A stretch of DNA of 63,410 nt, filler included, from Octopus bimaculoides (GCF_001194135.2; 4 parts of 4 records of this genome joined end to end with filler, not necessarily neighbours in it); one strand, 5' to 3'. Shown: positions 25,403-39,752, counted from the whole stretch's first letter. The notes: generated by a model from the letters alone, not told the origin. Numbers and translations: made by a program.

Positions 25403-26165
25403 TCCACGCTCTCATTCCGAGGTGCTGAAATAGCTCTCTCTACAAACCATGCTATGTTTTTGAAGTTGTCTTGCAATGTAGGGAATAGCTGTTCTTTAAG
25501 CTCGGCTAATGTAGACACCATTTTCCTACATTGCAGTTCATGCTGTTGCATGGTGTTATTCAACGGTAAAGCGCCAGTTCCAGTTTGCAGAAGTTTATGA
25601 AAGAATTCCTCAGCCAAGGGGTCATTGTAGATATGAGCTCGCATATTCTTACTTAATGAAAGCTGACGAAAACACCTCCAGAAAGGCGAAAACTTCGAAC
25701 ACATAGATGTCATTAGATCGTGTACCCCGTTGTATGACTAGTAATATTTAACGGAAATCTGCTGCGAGGATAACGACAGTATTGTTTCTAATATCCATTT
25801 GTGACCTATCTAGGGTTTCTAGTGCACCACGGTGTGCCATTGTGCATTCCTCCCAGACAATAAGCGTAGTTTAGAGCAGAACCTCCGCCGCCGGTGATCG
25901 TTTTGAACTATTACACATTTGGTCATCGCTGAAGTGCGTTTTCTTGAGCACGAATATGGGAAGTTTTCTTTGCGGTCCTTGTTTGCGGAGATAAATAAGA
26001 ATATCTTCATTTTGGTGGCTTGGCTGAAAAGAGTGAATGATTAAGGAACATATAAGATGGAAGACATAGCAATTTGAATTTGTGCATCGTATAAGTTGAT
26101 TCTTTAATAACGAATGAAAAGATGTGGAAAAATTCATATGTCAATTCTCCGCGCGTCAATGTCTA
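25403..26165 (-). mobile_element. Helitron RepHel relic, PIF1-like helicase region, frameshifted
   Basis: Spliced-by-eye frames give KLPIFV..MCNSSKRSPAAEVL, LIVWEECTMAHRGALETLDRS..VILAADFR*IL.VIQRG and LSKNMRAHIYNDPLAEEFFHKLLQTGTG..LFPTLQDNFKNIAWFVERAISAPRNESVD. These are typical Helitron helicase motifs. Confidence 0.9.
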
Positions 26166-26169
26166 CGAC

Positions 26170-26918
26170 CCCACAAAATTATCATCATAAATCCTTCCGA
26201 CAAGGGTGGAATTGTGGTGGACTGAAGCTCTCGGCCAACTTCAAGACACCTCCTTCTATTGCCATCTGCTCTCCAAACCGACGCCTATGCACCAACAGAC
26301 TGTCCTCCACTATTCATAACCTCATTTCCTCTTCCCGTCTAACTCCTACCGCTTCCAGCCTCATTTTTCGCACTCCACCCACCCCACTATTTACCTCCTT
26401 CCCAAAATTCACAAGCTCAACAAACCTTTCCACCCCATCTTCTCTGCCTACACCTGCCCAACGGATATGATCTCCTGATACATCGAGAATGTCTTTGCAC
26501 CCCACAAGTAGCTTCCATCTCCTACCACATCCACTACACTAACCATTCTCTCCGTCTCTTTACCTCTTTGCCCTTCTCATATTGGCCCCTCTAAATCTCT
26601 GTTCACTCTTGATATCAAGAGTTTATATACGGTGATCGCACAGAACGAGGACTTCTGGCGCTGAAACACTCTCTGAACCTTCGACCTGAGCCCTCACCTG
26701 ACACCTCCACATTTCTTCGTCTGGCCGAACTTGTTCTCTCCCTCAACTGCTTCTCTTTCGCATGGGATTTGTACCAACAAGTCTCGCGAGTGGTCATGGG
26801 AACGAAAAAGGGCTCGAAATATGCGAAACTGTTCGTTGGTTACGTTGAAACACAAATATTCTCACAATTCACTAGTCCCACTCCCAAACAATGCGGTCGT
26901 TATATCAATGACTGTATC
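26170..26918 (+). mobile_element. Penelope-like element reverse transcriptase relic
   Basis: IIINPSDKGG, YLLPKIHKLNKPFHPI, DIKSLYT, LRLAELVLSLNCFSF, YQQVSRVVMGTK.GSKYAKLFVG and RYINDCI (YIDD-like), with stops and frameshifts. Confidence 0.9.
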
Positions 26919-27554
26919 ACTTGCCTGCAGTTCATGTTTGATGTTACAAGGAGTTTTGTTGGTCTCTCGCTCAGCTGCACCCTTCACATAATAATCAAGA
27001 GGGTTGCAGTCTGGGGAATTAGCTGGCCAAATGTTAAAGGTGATGTGGTCGCAGAAATTGTCTGACAGTTGTGACAGTGTTTTCCTGCTTGTGTGGCATG
27101 GTGCAGAGTCCTGTTGCCAGACATAAAGTTTTCTAGCAGCAATCCATTTCAGCTAGGGCAGCACTGCCTCCTTCAGACAGTTGATGTAGGCCTCTGTGTT
27201 GAGTGTGAGGCCGTGTGGGAAGATGAATGGAGGCATAACGTCACCATTGCTAGTAATCACTTCGAAGACCATGATATTGACTGGATGTTTGATTTTTTTT
27301 TATCATTGTCGGTACATGTTTTGGGGACTCGGAAAGCTAATGGTTCTATGTGTTCACCATTTGTTCCAATCGTAGCTTCCCGCGTAAATGTCAAGCAGTA
27401 CAGCATGCCATTTCCAAATTTCTGGTACAGTGAATTGCGTCATGCTGCTGTTCTTCTCACAGATGGTATCCAACTTATCCTACTGTACGGTGTAGTCGTG
27501 CGCATGCGTGAATTTTAAAATATGAATTGTGTACAATATATCCATCGCACCCTG
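26919..27554 (-). mobile_element. Tc1/mariner maT-type (DD37D) transposon relic, internally deleted and 3' truncated
   Basis: GDVMPPFIFPHGLTLNTEAY..WQQDSAPCHTSRK...WPANSPDCNPLDYY, with 37 residues between the last two Asp. CAGGGTG-type terminus at 27548-27554. Confidence 0.9.
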
Positions 27555-29359
27555 TGTATTGAGTAGTTACATTTATGGCTGATTTGGCAAAATTTTAATG
27601 TGAAACTTATAAAATAATGAAGGCCACCTTGTATATATATATAAAACAGAAAAGGAAAAAATTATTTTATCCGTCAATGTTCTGATTTCAAATCCCAACA
27701 ACCTCAAATTTCTTTTCTTCTGTGTGGAGTCGACAAAACAGTGTACCAGTCAAGTATTATAGCCGGTTTATCGACCAACCCCGTCCTCTAAGATTTGTAA
27801 CTTTGTCTGAAATTTTGTTAGTTTTTGATATTATTAGCTTTGATTTTAAGTTATAGGGTTCTCTGTTTTCAGAATCTCTATCGGAAAATCTCTCACAATG
27901 ATAATATAATTACGTCCAGAATTTCCTATCAAAGTGACTATACCAAAAAAAGATAAACATACAGTTACAAATATTTAGTTTATTTTATTATTATAAATAC
28001 GACTTTACAAATGCTTTGGGACTAACATTTTATCTGAAACCATTGAAATATCATATAAAACAAATCTAAAGTATCAGTTAAATAAACTAGGTATTCATCG
28101 AGAGAAAATAAATATTATTTCTACAGAGCATTATTGAAAAGTATCTGTTAGTGTTTGTTACAATACTGCTTGTGTCAATTTAAAATTCTTTCTTTAAAGT
28201 CGTATCGAGGGATACGCGTGGTTGTGCAAAGATACACAAGGACATGCTCCAGTAGCCATCCTGGCATGGTTTTAGAGATGCAAAAACTGCACTAACTCAG
28301 ATAATATATCCTTCAAAATTTTAAGAGGTTGGTTGCGATTTGAGAATGATTTTGCAGATATTTCTAGCAGAGCCGAACAGACACGGTAGCTCCTGATGAC
28401 TGAGATATACCCCAGTTGGTGGTAGTTAGTGGTTTCGCATTTTACCATTTCGTTTCATGTCTTGAATGTCATTATGGACAAAATCGTTCCCGCCGTGCTC
28501 ATCATATCTTTTATGCAAACCATAGGTACAGGATAAGGATTCTAGATTATTTTTCAGTTATTTTTACTTAATCTTTGAGAGCACTCGGGTTCATTTTTAG
28601 TATTCTCGTTTGTGAGAGCAATCGAGTTTATATCAGATATTCTCATTCTAAAAGTCAGCTCCAGCTAATCGTTGAGAGGACGCTGATATTGCCTTGGTAG
28701 CGGTTTGCGCTCTGTGTGTACTCTTGTTATGATTTACAATGCTTTTATTTTATCGATGACTATATCACGCCTTGACAACAATGAATAATCGTCTCCCCTC
28801 AAAACTGCTGTCATTCTGCCTAAATTACTAGCAATTGTATTCGTCTTTGTACATTTTTTTCTTCCTGATATACAGCTACACACGCACACAAACAAACACA
28901 TACAGTCACACACACTTACACACAGAAACACACTCACACACATTCAAACACACTCACACACACACATTATCACACACGCAGAAACACTCACATACACAAA
29001 GACACTCACACACACAAACACACTAACACATACAAATCCACTCACGCACACACATACGCGCACATCTACCTCAGCACACAAACATATGGCATTCCTTATA
29101 CATTTAATTTGATGAGAATCTTCACAGAATTCGTAAACCTAATCTAATTATGTGGCTCGAGTCCAAATAAGGCTTTCTAAAGAGACACATATCCAGTGTG
29201 TCTTCATGATTGCCGAGTTATCTTATATGTCTTTCTGGTGTGACCGTCGTATTTATATGGTGAATTTAATTTCGCAAATCTTTTTACATTGTCAGACATT
29301 CTCCCCATCAACATTATACATATTTGGAGCAGTTGCAAATGAATTTAGCGTTAATACCG

Positions 29360-29399
<40 letters not shown>

Positions 29400-32018
29400 G
29401 GCTGTTAATTTTAGTCCTGTTGCCGATGACGATATTGCTGCTTTTGCTCTGACTGTTATTATTTCTGATATTGTTGATGTGTTTGATTCTGATAGTACTG
29501 TTCCTACATTTGTTGCTGTTATTTGTCCCTGTTTTAGCAGTTATCAATATTCTTGTTGTTGCTATTATCGTTACTATTGTGCTGTTGCAGTTATTCCACT
29601 TGTGGTAGCTCCTATAGTCGTTGCTAGTTCACTTTCTATTGCTTACATTGCTGGTTTTCCAGTTTTGAAGTTGCTATCATTTCTAGTAGTTCTTTTACCT
29701 ACGCATATCATCTACATTAGGTCTGAGATTTAAAAGCAAAACTGTTTCTATGTTTCTATTGACACTTGAAACAATTACGCTGTCTTCCATTTTAATTTCA
29801 TGCATCTCAAGATTGGTCAAGTATATTTAGCTTAAACGTTGTGTTACCAAATTTCTGTTTAAAAATTTCTGTTTCAATTATTGTGGAAAATAACGGAAAC
29901 TTTGATAAAATAACTTTTTCATTCTTAAGCTAGCGCTTGCAACATTAATTAACATGAAATTATTTTGATGCAAATTTTTAACTTAAGTTTATTTTAAAGT
30001 GGAAGTTTGCTCAATAGGACCTGCGAAATTGTTGGGGAAGTTGGTATCAACTGTGTAGGATTATTTCTAACATCGCTTTTTCGTAGGTATGACCAACACC
30101 TCTTTGTTGCTGGTATTCTATCAGCTTTCTATAATCAATAAAGTCATTCATCCTCAACATCCTCAACATTGCCTTTAAAGTGCACGATTTATTGAATATA
30201 TATATATATATACGACATTGGGTAAGTTCATGTCATTATATAGGGATGCTATATTCAAAATTCCTGCCGCACACATCATATTTCTGTACAATGTTTGTAA
30301 ATTATCGCTGGTGTTTTAATGTTGCTAATATTACCTTTACAACGAACACAAAATAGCCATATTTGAGCTAATAGTTTGTTAAAGTAGCTCAGTAAAACTG
30401 TAAATGTCACGCCTAGCAAAGTAGATGGCATTTTCTCTCGTAATTTAGAACCGTAATTTAAAATTAAAAAACACAAAGAAATGAAAATAACTAAATCTAT
30501 TAAAATATATAGAAAATTATAAAAGAGAAAATAATAATCTGAAAGACAGAACAGAGCGATACAAAAAACAGAATAGAATACAAAAACGTTAAAACAAAAA
30601 AATAAATATGAGAGATAAATCACAAAAAGATATTAAACACATTTAAGGGGGAAGAAAGGAGGATAGAAGTTGTGAGATAAACATTAAATCAATGAATGAG
30701 AATAAAATAAAGAATATAAGAATTAAAATAATGAAATATAATTAATAACGTCAAGAAGAAAACATAAATGGCAAGAAAAGTGAAATGAAATGTACCAAGT
30801 ATTAGAAGAGCAAGCTGTTGATATTGAACATATGGTGACTTAATGTAATTTCAAATAATCTTAATTACCAATATTCCAGGTTTTTCTGAAAATATTTAAA
30901 TGATTCAATTCATTCCTAAATACAAAATGATCTTTTTAAAAAAAAATAGGAATCACACTAAAAATCGATAGATTATATTAAAATGCAAACAAATACTCAG
31001 AAAAAAAATTGAATTAAAATTTATCGTTTATGAAAGAATGCTCAAAGAATGGAAAAGGAAACAATAGAATGCAGTGTACGAAGTTATGTGTTGTCAGGAA
31101 TTACGTCAAGTAAAGATGACTTGACTGAAGGTAAACCAGCTTTTAACTTAGTAGAGGCGTTTTTGTCCTTTACACTGCAGAAGAAAAAAAAGACAATATA
31201 AAATAAAACGCGAATTTAGAGAAGAGAACAAAGGAAACCCATTTTAGAGAGGAAGTTGCATGATACTTTGATGTTTAGAATTTATGAGATGCGTAAATGT
31301 GACGAAGTTGCATCTTCGACCGAGTATCACATATCGAGATATTTCTGCGCTAATGAGGAAGCCTCAAAATGACTGCTCGCTATGGTAAAAAAAAAACAAC
31401 CAAAATTCCTTCAGCACACCTTATAGTTTTAACAAAATACAAAGAACACGTTTCATAAAACAGGAATATTTATTGGTTGAAGGTTACACATGGGTGACTA
31501 ATTCCGAGGGTAGTGGGAAGACACAGAGAATATCAAATTCAATACCGTATAAGTACTTTGTTTTTGAGTACGGGAATATAAAAAAAGCTAATTTGGTATC
31601 AGCGCTATTTGAAATCAGAGAATTGGTGTGCCAAAAAATTATGAAAGTGTGCCTTGGTTTAACGTGATAGTACACTTCATGTCTTCTATTGAACTGATCT
31701 TCCCCTTCATACATGGTACAGGAATGGCTGTGTGGTAAGAAGCTTGCTTCCCAACGTCATGGTTCCTGGTTCCTACCCACCGTGTCGCACCGTGCATGAT
31801 ATATATATAGGGAACTGCTACAAATAAAATCTAAATATCCCGCGCATCGCGAAATACAGTTTAAACAAAAGAGATCTAGTGGATAACGTTATAATCGATA
31901 CACAGTTTCTAAATAAGAAAAGTGAAATAAACAAGCATAGCACGACTGGAATAATTGTAAATGAAAACAATATTTCAACTGTCTTCATTTTCTTTTATTT
32001 AGCAGTGCTTACGTTGAG

Positions 32019-32056
<38 letters not shown>

Positions 32057-32573
32057 ATGTCTGCATGGCCTTGTGTTTGTATTTGCCCCAACCAACGCAG
32101 GACAGCCGGTGGTCCTGTATTTAAGTTTCCGTAACTTGGCGGTTCGGCAAAAGAGATAGATTGAATAGATGCTAGACTGAAAAAAAAAAATCAATCCTGT
32201 GGGTGATTTCTTGAACTAAAATCTGCATGGTCTCAGTAAAATGACTGAGGCCTCTAAAGAAGAAATATAAAACATATACTTTAACGAGATCTAAAACTTG
32301 CTTCATTGTCAGTAAATTTAACGTATGCTTACCAACAACTCTGAATTTCTTGTGTACATGTCATTTCAAGATAGCTCTAACTGGGTTGATTCCTTTAACG
32401 GTGGATCGTTTTATTCCATTGTGTTTCTTGCAAAGATATTCTCAAATATTTTTCGGTGAAAGTGTATCATTAATCGCTGACGATCCGGACATACAACTGG
32501 CTGTACAGGTTTTTGTCTCACTAGCAGAGCTCTGCGAAATCAGTTAACATACAAGAAATAGAAACCAACTTAC

Positions 32574-32729
32574 CTATATAGTACTGGTTTTTGTCTTAAA
32601 GTATTGTCAATCTGATGATGGAGGCCGTAGGGAATTATTAGAGATAACACAAACACGAGTGAAATCATTCCTAATTGTCTTGAAGGAAGTACGAACAGAG
32701 GAGGAACCTGTGTGGGGACATTCACAACG
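32574..32729 (-). other. Candidate 156-nt symmetric (phase 2-2) exon of an unidentified gene
   Basis: ttttaatagtcattttcag|CGTTGTG...CTATATAG|gtaagtt. One frame is open throughout (VVNVPTQVPPLFVLPSRQLGMISLVFVLSLIIPYGLHHQIDNTLRQKPVLY) and has a hydrophobic stretch. No family recognised. Confidence 0.3.
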
Positions 32730-32925
32730 CTGAAAATGACTATTAAAACTGACATCAATTTCATATGTAGTAAATATATACCCATGCTCCTTTCTATTAT
32801 GAGTTTTAAGCTTTGATTGTAGTTCTCTTAGATTTAGAGAACGAAAACAACAAATGTGAGTGTGTCTGTGCGTGGTTATATAAACACACCAACACATATA
32901 CACGCATGTATAATGTAGATATATG

Positions 32926-32964
<39 letters not shown>

Positions 32965-34739
32965 NNNNNNNNNNNNNNNNNNNNNNNNNNNNNNNNNNNN
33001 NNNNNNNNNNNNNNNNNNNNNNNNNNNNNNNNNNNNNNNNNNNNNNNNNNNNNNNNNNNNNNNNNNNNNNNNNNNNNNNNNNNNNNNNNNNNNNNNNNNN
33101 NNNNNNNNNNNNNNNNNNNNNNNNNNNNNNNNNNNNNNNNNNNNNNNNNNNNNNNNNNNNNNNNNNNNNNNNNNNNNNNNNNNNNNNNNNNNNNNNNNNN
33201 NNNNNNNNNNNNNNNNNNNNNNNNNNNNNNNNNNNNNNNNNNNNNNNNNNNNNNNNNNNNNNNNNNNNNNNNNNNNNNNNNNNNNNNNNNNNNNNNNNNN
33301 NNNNNNNNNNNNNNNNNNNNNNNNNNNNNNNNNNNNNNNNNNNNNNNNNNNNNNNNNNNNNNNNNNNTGTGTGTGTGTGTGTGTGTGTGTTAAGAAGAAA
33401 GAGGAAGTCAGAATTTTGGATAATTCACGATTAGCGCCTCTCGTACCCCCTCCGTACCACACTCTTTATCTATCTCTCCACCTTGGTGCCTTTTCAAACA
33501 TATCACCTCACCACCAGCACTTCTCCCAAATGTTCCTTCCTTACATCTTTATCTCTTCCTTCTATCCCGCCTCCTATTCCTTTTATCTACTGATAGCACT
33601 CCTCTCCCCACCTTCACAATATCTTGACCACCACCTAGCAGTCCTTTTCTCTTTTTTCTTTCTTTCTTCTTTTACTCCCATTATCTTTTTGACCAATACC
33701 GTTTTTCTTCCTTCTAACATACTTATTCTATACACTTCTCTTCTATTCTCTTCTCTATTTACTCCCCCTCTTCCACCAGTATATTCTCAAAATTTCATTT
33801 ACACTACAAGATACCTTTGAATGAACAGCACATGAAATTAATATCTGCACACTATCCATTTGTAATAACAAAACATGAACTCCTATCGGATTTTACATAT
33901 TTTAGACAAGAAGCCTTTTTACTCCTTCTACATAACACTTTCACTGGATAATGGAGCAGCAACTTTAACATCCAATATATATCTTTTTATTCTCATAATT
34001 TATACTTCTTATGTCCCTCACTTTCCAAAATAACTTCTTATATTGAATTCTACTATTTCCTTTCATTGAACTCTCTCATATCGTCTCTGATAATGGGATA
34101 TATTTTATATCCCTGAAACAGCTGTAAAACTGCCTTTCTTTTATAAATGTCCTATAAAACTTCACACTGTCTGACTTTGTTGTGTCATTTTATTTATTTA
34201 AAATACACACACGCGCGCGCGCGCACACACACACACACACACATACACACACACACAAACACACACACACATACATAGTTATAGAGAGTTTCCGTTTATA
34301 AAACTATCGCAAAAGTCTTGGTTGCAGGCCAAGGGGATCTCAAGAGTGATCTAATAGCGTTAAATCTTCAGCAAATGTCATTTTCTTTGGTCGCGAGAAG
34401 ATGGATCGCTTGTGAGAAAATTAGGTACATAGAAACTTTGTCGCCGCCCATTCGACTAATATGTAAGTCTAATGTAACCTTGTCACCTAATGTTGTCATG
34501 CTTGTTCTTCCTGGAAAATTTCATTATGGGTACAAGTGTATGAATAATGACCAGTCATTAATAAGTAACAATTCCAGTTGGTTTAGCAGCTGATTCCTTA
34601 CCACAGAAACCGTTGGAAAATTCAGTCCATCCGTTCATCTACACACACATATACATCTGTGTGTATAAATGTGTGTGTGTGTACATAGATGTATATTTGT
34701 GTATATATGTATGTATATATATCTCATCTATACACACGC

Positions 34740-34789
<50 letters not shown>

Positions 34790-35413
34790 NNNNNNNNNNA
34801 TAGATGTATATTTGTGTATATATGTATGTATATATATCTCATCTATACACACGCATATATATATATATATGCATACATACATACAGAGAGACTGAGACAG
34901 ACAGAGAGAAAGAGAGCAAGCATTGCAGAAAGAAAAGGAGAGGAAGATACGGTTTGGGAGAGTTAAACTCGATAATGAAGTGATCCGGAAGCTGACGTTA
35001 GCTCTAGAGTTGCGCTAAGGAGATGGAATGTTAGCTAATTAGGTACGCATAATGACAATTATGTAATATCATTGAATAATCGATTGAATGAAACTAGAAC
35101 GATTTTGTTCGTTATTCTATGTATCCTGAAAGCATGAAAGGTCAAGGAGCCTTTGGCTGCCTTTGAACTCTGAACATACGTATTCTCTATGCCATTCAAA
35201 TATCGCAATTAATAATATTTCCATTGAAGAGACATAAGTATAAGTAGTGAAGAAGTACGCATTCACATAATGTTTCATTTTTCCCATCCTATCCCCAACA
35301 TCCAGGGTAGTTGTTAAGAAGGCTTATGTATGATTATCTACGTCATAAATCTTCCATAGGAAAATGGAACTAATTTGACACTAGCTTGTAGTGTGGTCAA
35401 ACATGGCATAGAA

Positions 35414-35463
<50 letters not shown>

Positions 35464-36127
35464 AAATACCTATATGATATAGTTCTTCACTTTCTGCTTC
35501 TTTTTTAAAAACTTTTTTTAAAAATTATTTTCTGTGTTGCTGGGATCTCTATTCCGTTAAACTCACAACTGTGGTTAGTAGCCTTAGACATTCCGAGCAA
35601 TACAGTAACTTTCATTACGTTAAGTTAAACGCAGTCTCATGATTAGCTACGATCAGCATAGATCGTTGCATAACTATTATACCTGTTTCACTCCCTTAAT
35701 TTGGATTGTTGTTCCCATTTGTAGCAGCTCTAGTCGATGTCTGTTACACAAACTATACAGAAACAATACAGAAACTATCAGATTATCGAACTTCCTCGTA
35801 ACTTTGATATAGGAGGGAAAAGTGTGTAAATCTTGGGGTCAATACATTGCTATTGTTTCTTATTGCATTGTGTCTATTGTTTTTCCTTATACATGCTAGT
35901 CATTGCTTATAGCAGCGATTTCCCCCCCAAAATAAGTTATATTGGTGAAGAAATCTCTAAATCAGAGACATACTCTGAGTAGGTGCAACATTCTGCGCTA
36001 CGTACATAATAGAAAGAACATGTGGTGTTACATGAGATGACTAAGTCTGACACAAACATTAAAGGATTACATTGAAATCCTGCTGTAGTTTCACATCCGT
36101 TTTAACCCACTTGTTTGGTGTCCCTTC

Positions 36128-36130
<3 letters not shown>

Positions 36131-36218
<88 letters not shown>
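36131..36218. repeat. (TC)n microsatellite
   Basis: Direct reading. Confidence 0.95.
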
Positions 36219-36221
<3 letters not shown>

Positions 36222-36940
36222 TTCTTTGTGTGCTTTTGTGAGTGAGAATAGTTCTCTTTTCTGTATAGGAGAAAATGTGACAGTTTATGCCAACCATGTC
36301 TAAGTAAGGGATTGTATTATCTTTCTTTCCTTCTTTCTCTCCTCATTTCTCTCACGCTTTCAATCCTTACGTATGCCTAGATTTCTGAAAATGTTCGTGT
36401 GTTTGCCTTTTGTTTCAAAGGTTGCTAACGCCAAAACATATTCAATGTCCAGTCACATCTGCAAGTTGCCAATCCCCAAGCGGCCGCACCAGATAATCTG
36501 ATTCCATGACACCCTTGCTTCGGCCTGTCAACAGAATTTAGAAACAGCAAAATATTTGATTTTACTGGTGTGGAACTGATTTTTACTAACGCTGTTTTAA
36601 TCGATGTTTTATATGTTTCGACTTCCTCCAATCTTTTTCATTGAATTCTGTTCTCATCACATATTTCTATAGTTTCGTCCTTATGTATGCGAATAATTCC
36701 TCCTACTTTAGCTGCGATTTTCTTTTCTTTTAAAACTATTATAAATTCTTATTGTTCCTCACGATATTTATTTTTTCCTTGTTTATTTTATCTAATTTTC
36801 TTTATGATATTACAATATAGAATTTCAGATTATCTTTATATTTCCCATTTACATTTTTTTAGCGCACATATATAGATAAATATTTATAAAGATGTTTACG
36901 TTATTTTAAAATTCTTTTAAAAATATATTGGTGTTAGTTG

Positions 36941-36984
<44 letters not shown>

Positions 36985-37289
36985 CACACACACACACACA
37001 CACACACANNNNNNNNNNTACATACATCCACGCTCACGCACATATAACAGTGATATTAATATTTAGTGGTTGTATATATAATTGAACCCATTACAGGAAC
37101 AAAAACCACAAAAAGAAAAGTAGAGGAGCTAAATAATATTTCTTTCCATAAGTGCCTGTTTAGTTACTATTCTTTACATTTGTAATGTGAATCCCATTGC
37201 AGTCCTCTTTTTATCTTTCAGAAATCATTGAAATAATTTAGAAGTCAATTTTGTGTGAGGGTTTACTGGATTACATCAACTCCAGTGTT

Positions 37290-37432
37290 CAACTAGTAAT
37301 TATTTTATCGACACGAAAAGGATGAATGTCATAGTATACTTCGGCGGATATGAACTCACAACATGAAGATGAACGCAATGCCGCTAAGCATTTTTCCCAG
37401 CGTGCTAACGATTCTACCACCTCGCCGCCTAA
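37290..37432 (-). mobile_element. SINE family A, diverged 5' part
   Basis: cgtgctaacgattctaccacctcgccgccta head. Confidence 0.75.
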
Positions 37433-38470
37433 TATTTCTAAATAATAATTCAATACAATAAAGAAAGTTGTCTGCAAAACGTCCTCACTTTGCAATATTT
37501 TGGCCCGTATGATAATTATCAGGAATCAATCGGTTGCTGTTCAACTTTTCTCCAACGATCAAAATGTGGATTCAGAAGTGAAATTTCAACAGTCCATGTG
37601 ATATTCTTATGGATATACCGTGGCAAATACACTCAGTCTAGATTTTGTTAATCGATCTGACAAATGCTTTTGTGTTCATCAGAAGAACGTGGCATTTTGA
37701 CCAACTCTATAAACCATGATGCTTATTTAGGTTAGTTAGGTTTATTATAAACTTCTAAGGTTCTACCCAAATGACATCATCTCCCACATTCTCGTAGGAA
37801 TGATGTAGGGACGTCTTCTTGAACTCTGAAATTCCTTTATCCTTCTTTTCGTACAGCTGTTGCTCAATTTCCGTGTGATCACATGGTGACGTATTTATTT
37901 CTACAAATATTAGATCGGGGGAATTCTTAAACTATGGGTTTATTCGAGAGAAAAAAAAACAGAAACCGAATTAAGAAAAACGCAGTTCATAGACAGATTG
38001 GTCGTAGATAACGTACCTCTATAGAGGCTTTCCAGGGATTACTCAGATGCTCTACTTTGACCTCTAGAGACCATAACCAAATAAGAAATTATATGGATCA
38101 AGATTTAATCAATGTCTCAAGTATATTTTGTCGATGAACTCGTGACATGTGAACTAACTTCTCCAGTAACATGTTGTTCTACATTGATAAGGTAGTAACA
38201 CACATTGTTAACGTAGTAACATATTGGTTCGACACTTCAAGTAGATTCACGTGAAAACCTTGCTGATCACCAGGTCAGTAATTTATTGATTTGTTTTAAT
38301 ACAATGGATCATAGACACAATAGACACCCCAGTAGCGTCAGCTGAACTCTTTTCGTTTGGATTAGTTTCGAGATATAAGGGTATTTCATGACAGTAACAT
38401 TCCCCAAATGTGTTTGCTTTCTTTCCTGACACAGGAAATCTGAAGAAAGATTGAGCATGTCTACAGCCGC

Positions 38471-38539
38471 ATACTCAAAGACGTCATCACAATTGAAGTC
38501 ATTGGTGGAATACTCAAAGACGTCATCGCAATTGAAGTC
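38471..38539 (+). repeat. 30-bp direct repeat, period 39
   Basis: atactcaaagacgtcatc[a/g]caattgaagtc twice, 29/30 identical. Confidence 0.9.
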
Positions 38540-39752
38540 GTCATCGCTGCAAAGCTGGAAGTATATAGTACGTCATAATGATATCAGCCAATAAAACGTA
38601 ATAAACAGTGACATCAGTCCAAAATCGAGTAAGACTTGACAACATTTTAAAAACATCGTTTGAAAGCACTCCACGTAAATTTGAACAAGGTGAAAGTTAA
38701 ACATGGGCTTAAACTACAAAGCCTAACCTAAATTTCAATATAGTCGCATTCTAGAGTTACCGGAAGAAAGTGCCACAGTGTATACATGTCAAGAATTATG
38801 ATAAAAACTCGCAAAGAAGTCAATGAATGAAATCTTGTCTGAAGAAAAATGTAAAAGTTCATAGTTTCTTGTAACAAGCAGATGACAATATGAATATGTT
38901 TGTTTAGAATATTATGTATTCTTTTCATGTGTATTAAGAACTTGTTCTACATTAAATAGTAACCTACTTACTTAAGACGGTAGTGTATATCTAAAGGAAA
39001 TTTGACTGCAAACTCCAGCAGCGCGAACGACTACTAAAATGTAATTAGGTAAGTGATCGTAGTTATAGACTACAGGGACACGAACGCACGCACCCACCCC
39101 TACACACACACGCACACACACATGTCCACATATTCACTCTAAAAGAATAGAGTTTATGGTTATTAATTCGTTGCCGAGATATCACGAATTGGAACTTATA
39201 CGTTACTTTCAGGTTTCCCCTCGTCGAATGAGTGCGTGTATTTGTATGTGTGTTTCTCTATATGCAACTTTGTATATAATATAGACAATCATGTATGTAT
39301 GTGTATTAGAACAGAGTTAATTTATAGCAAAATATTTAGCACCTTGCATTAGATTGAATTGGCAACAAATTATATAAGAGATGTTACAAGATTTTATCTT
39401 TATTGTTTATCGTTATTGTTGTAATTGTGTTTCCGGTGACACGCTGGTATTAAATCAGGAATCATACACACTTACAAACGCACAATACTAGACACACACA
39501 CATATAAACATTGTTTCACACCCTACGCAAATAGGTAAACGCACTCACATAGACAAGAACACCCATGGCAGCAGAATGAAGTATGTATGAGCGCGAGGTT
39601 TACATACATAGCTCTCACACTTTCACCAACATTCTGCCAACCGGCTTATATGTTCGTGAGTGTATGTGTTTGTATACATGTGTTTGTATGTGTGTATGTC
39701 TGTGTGTTTATCTTTGAACATATAGACGTATGCATATCATCACATTTATGTA

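Noticed and set aside
34385-34430. Plus-strand REDGSLV resembling IFT80 RADGSLV
   Set aside because: Wrong strand, flanks do not match and a stop follows within 6 codons.
34685-34875. Direct duplication around a 10-N gap
   Set aside because: Identical contig ends on both sides of a minimal gap: unmerged overlap artefact.
39019-39055. Short plus-strand segment ending in a strong GTAAGT donor
   Set aside because: Weak acceptor and stops in all three frames; such sites arise by chance at this density.
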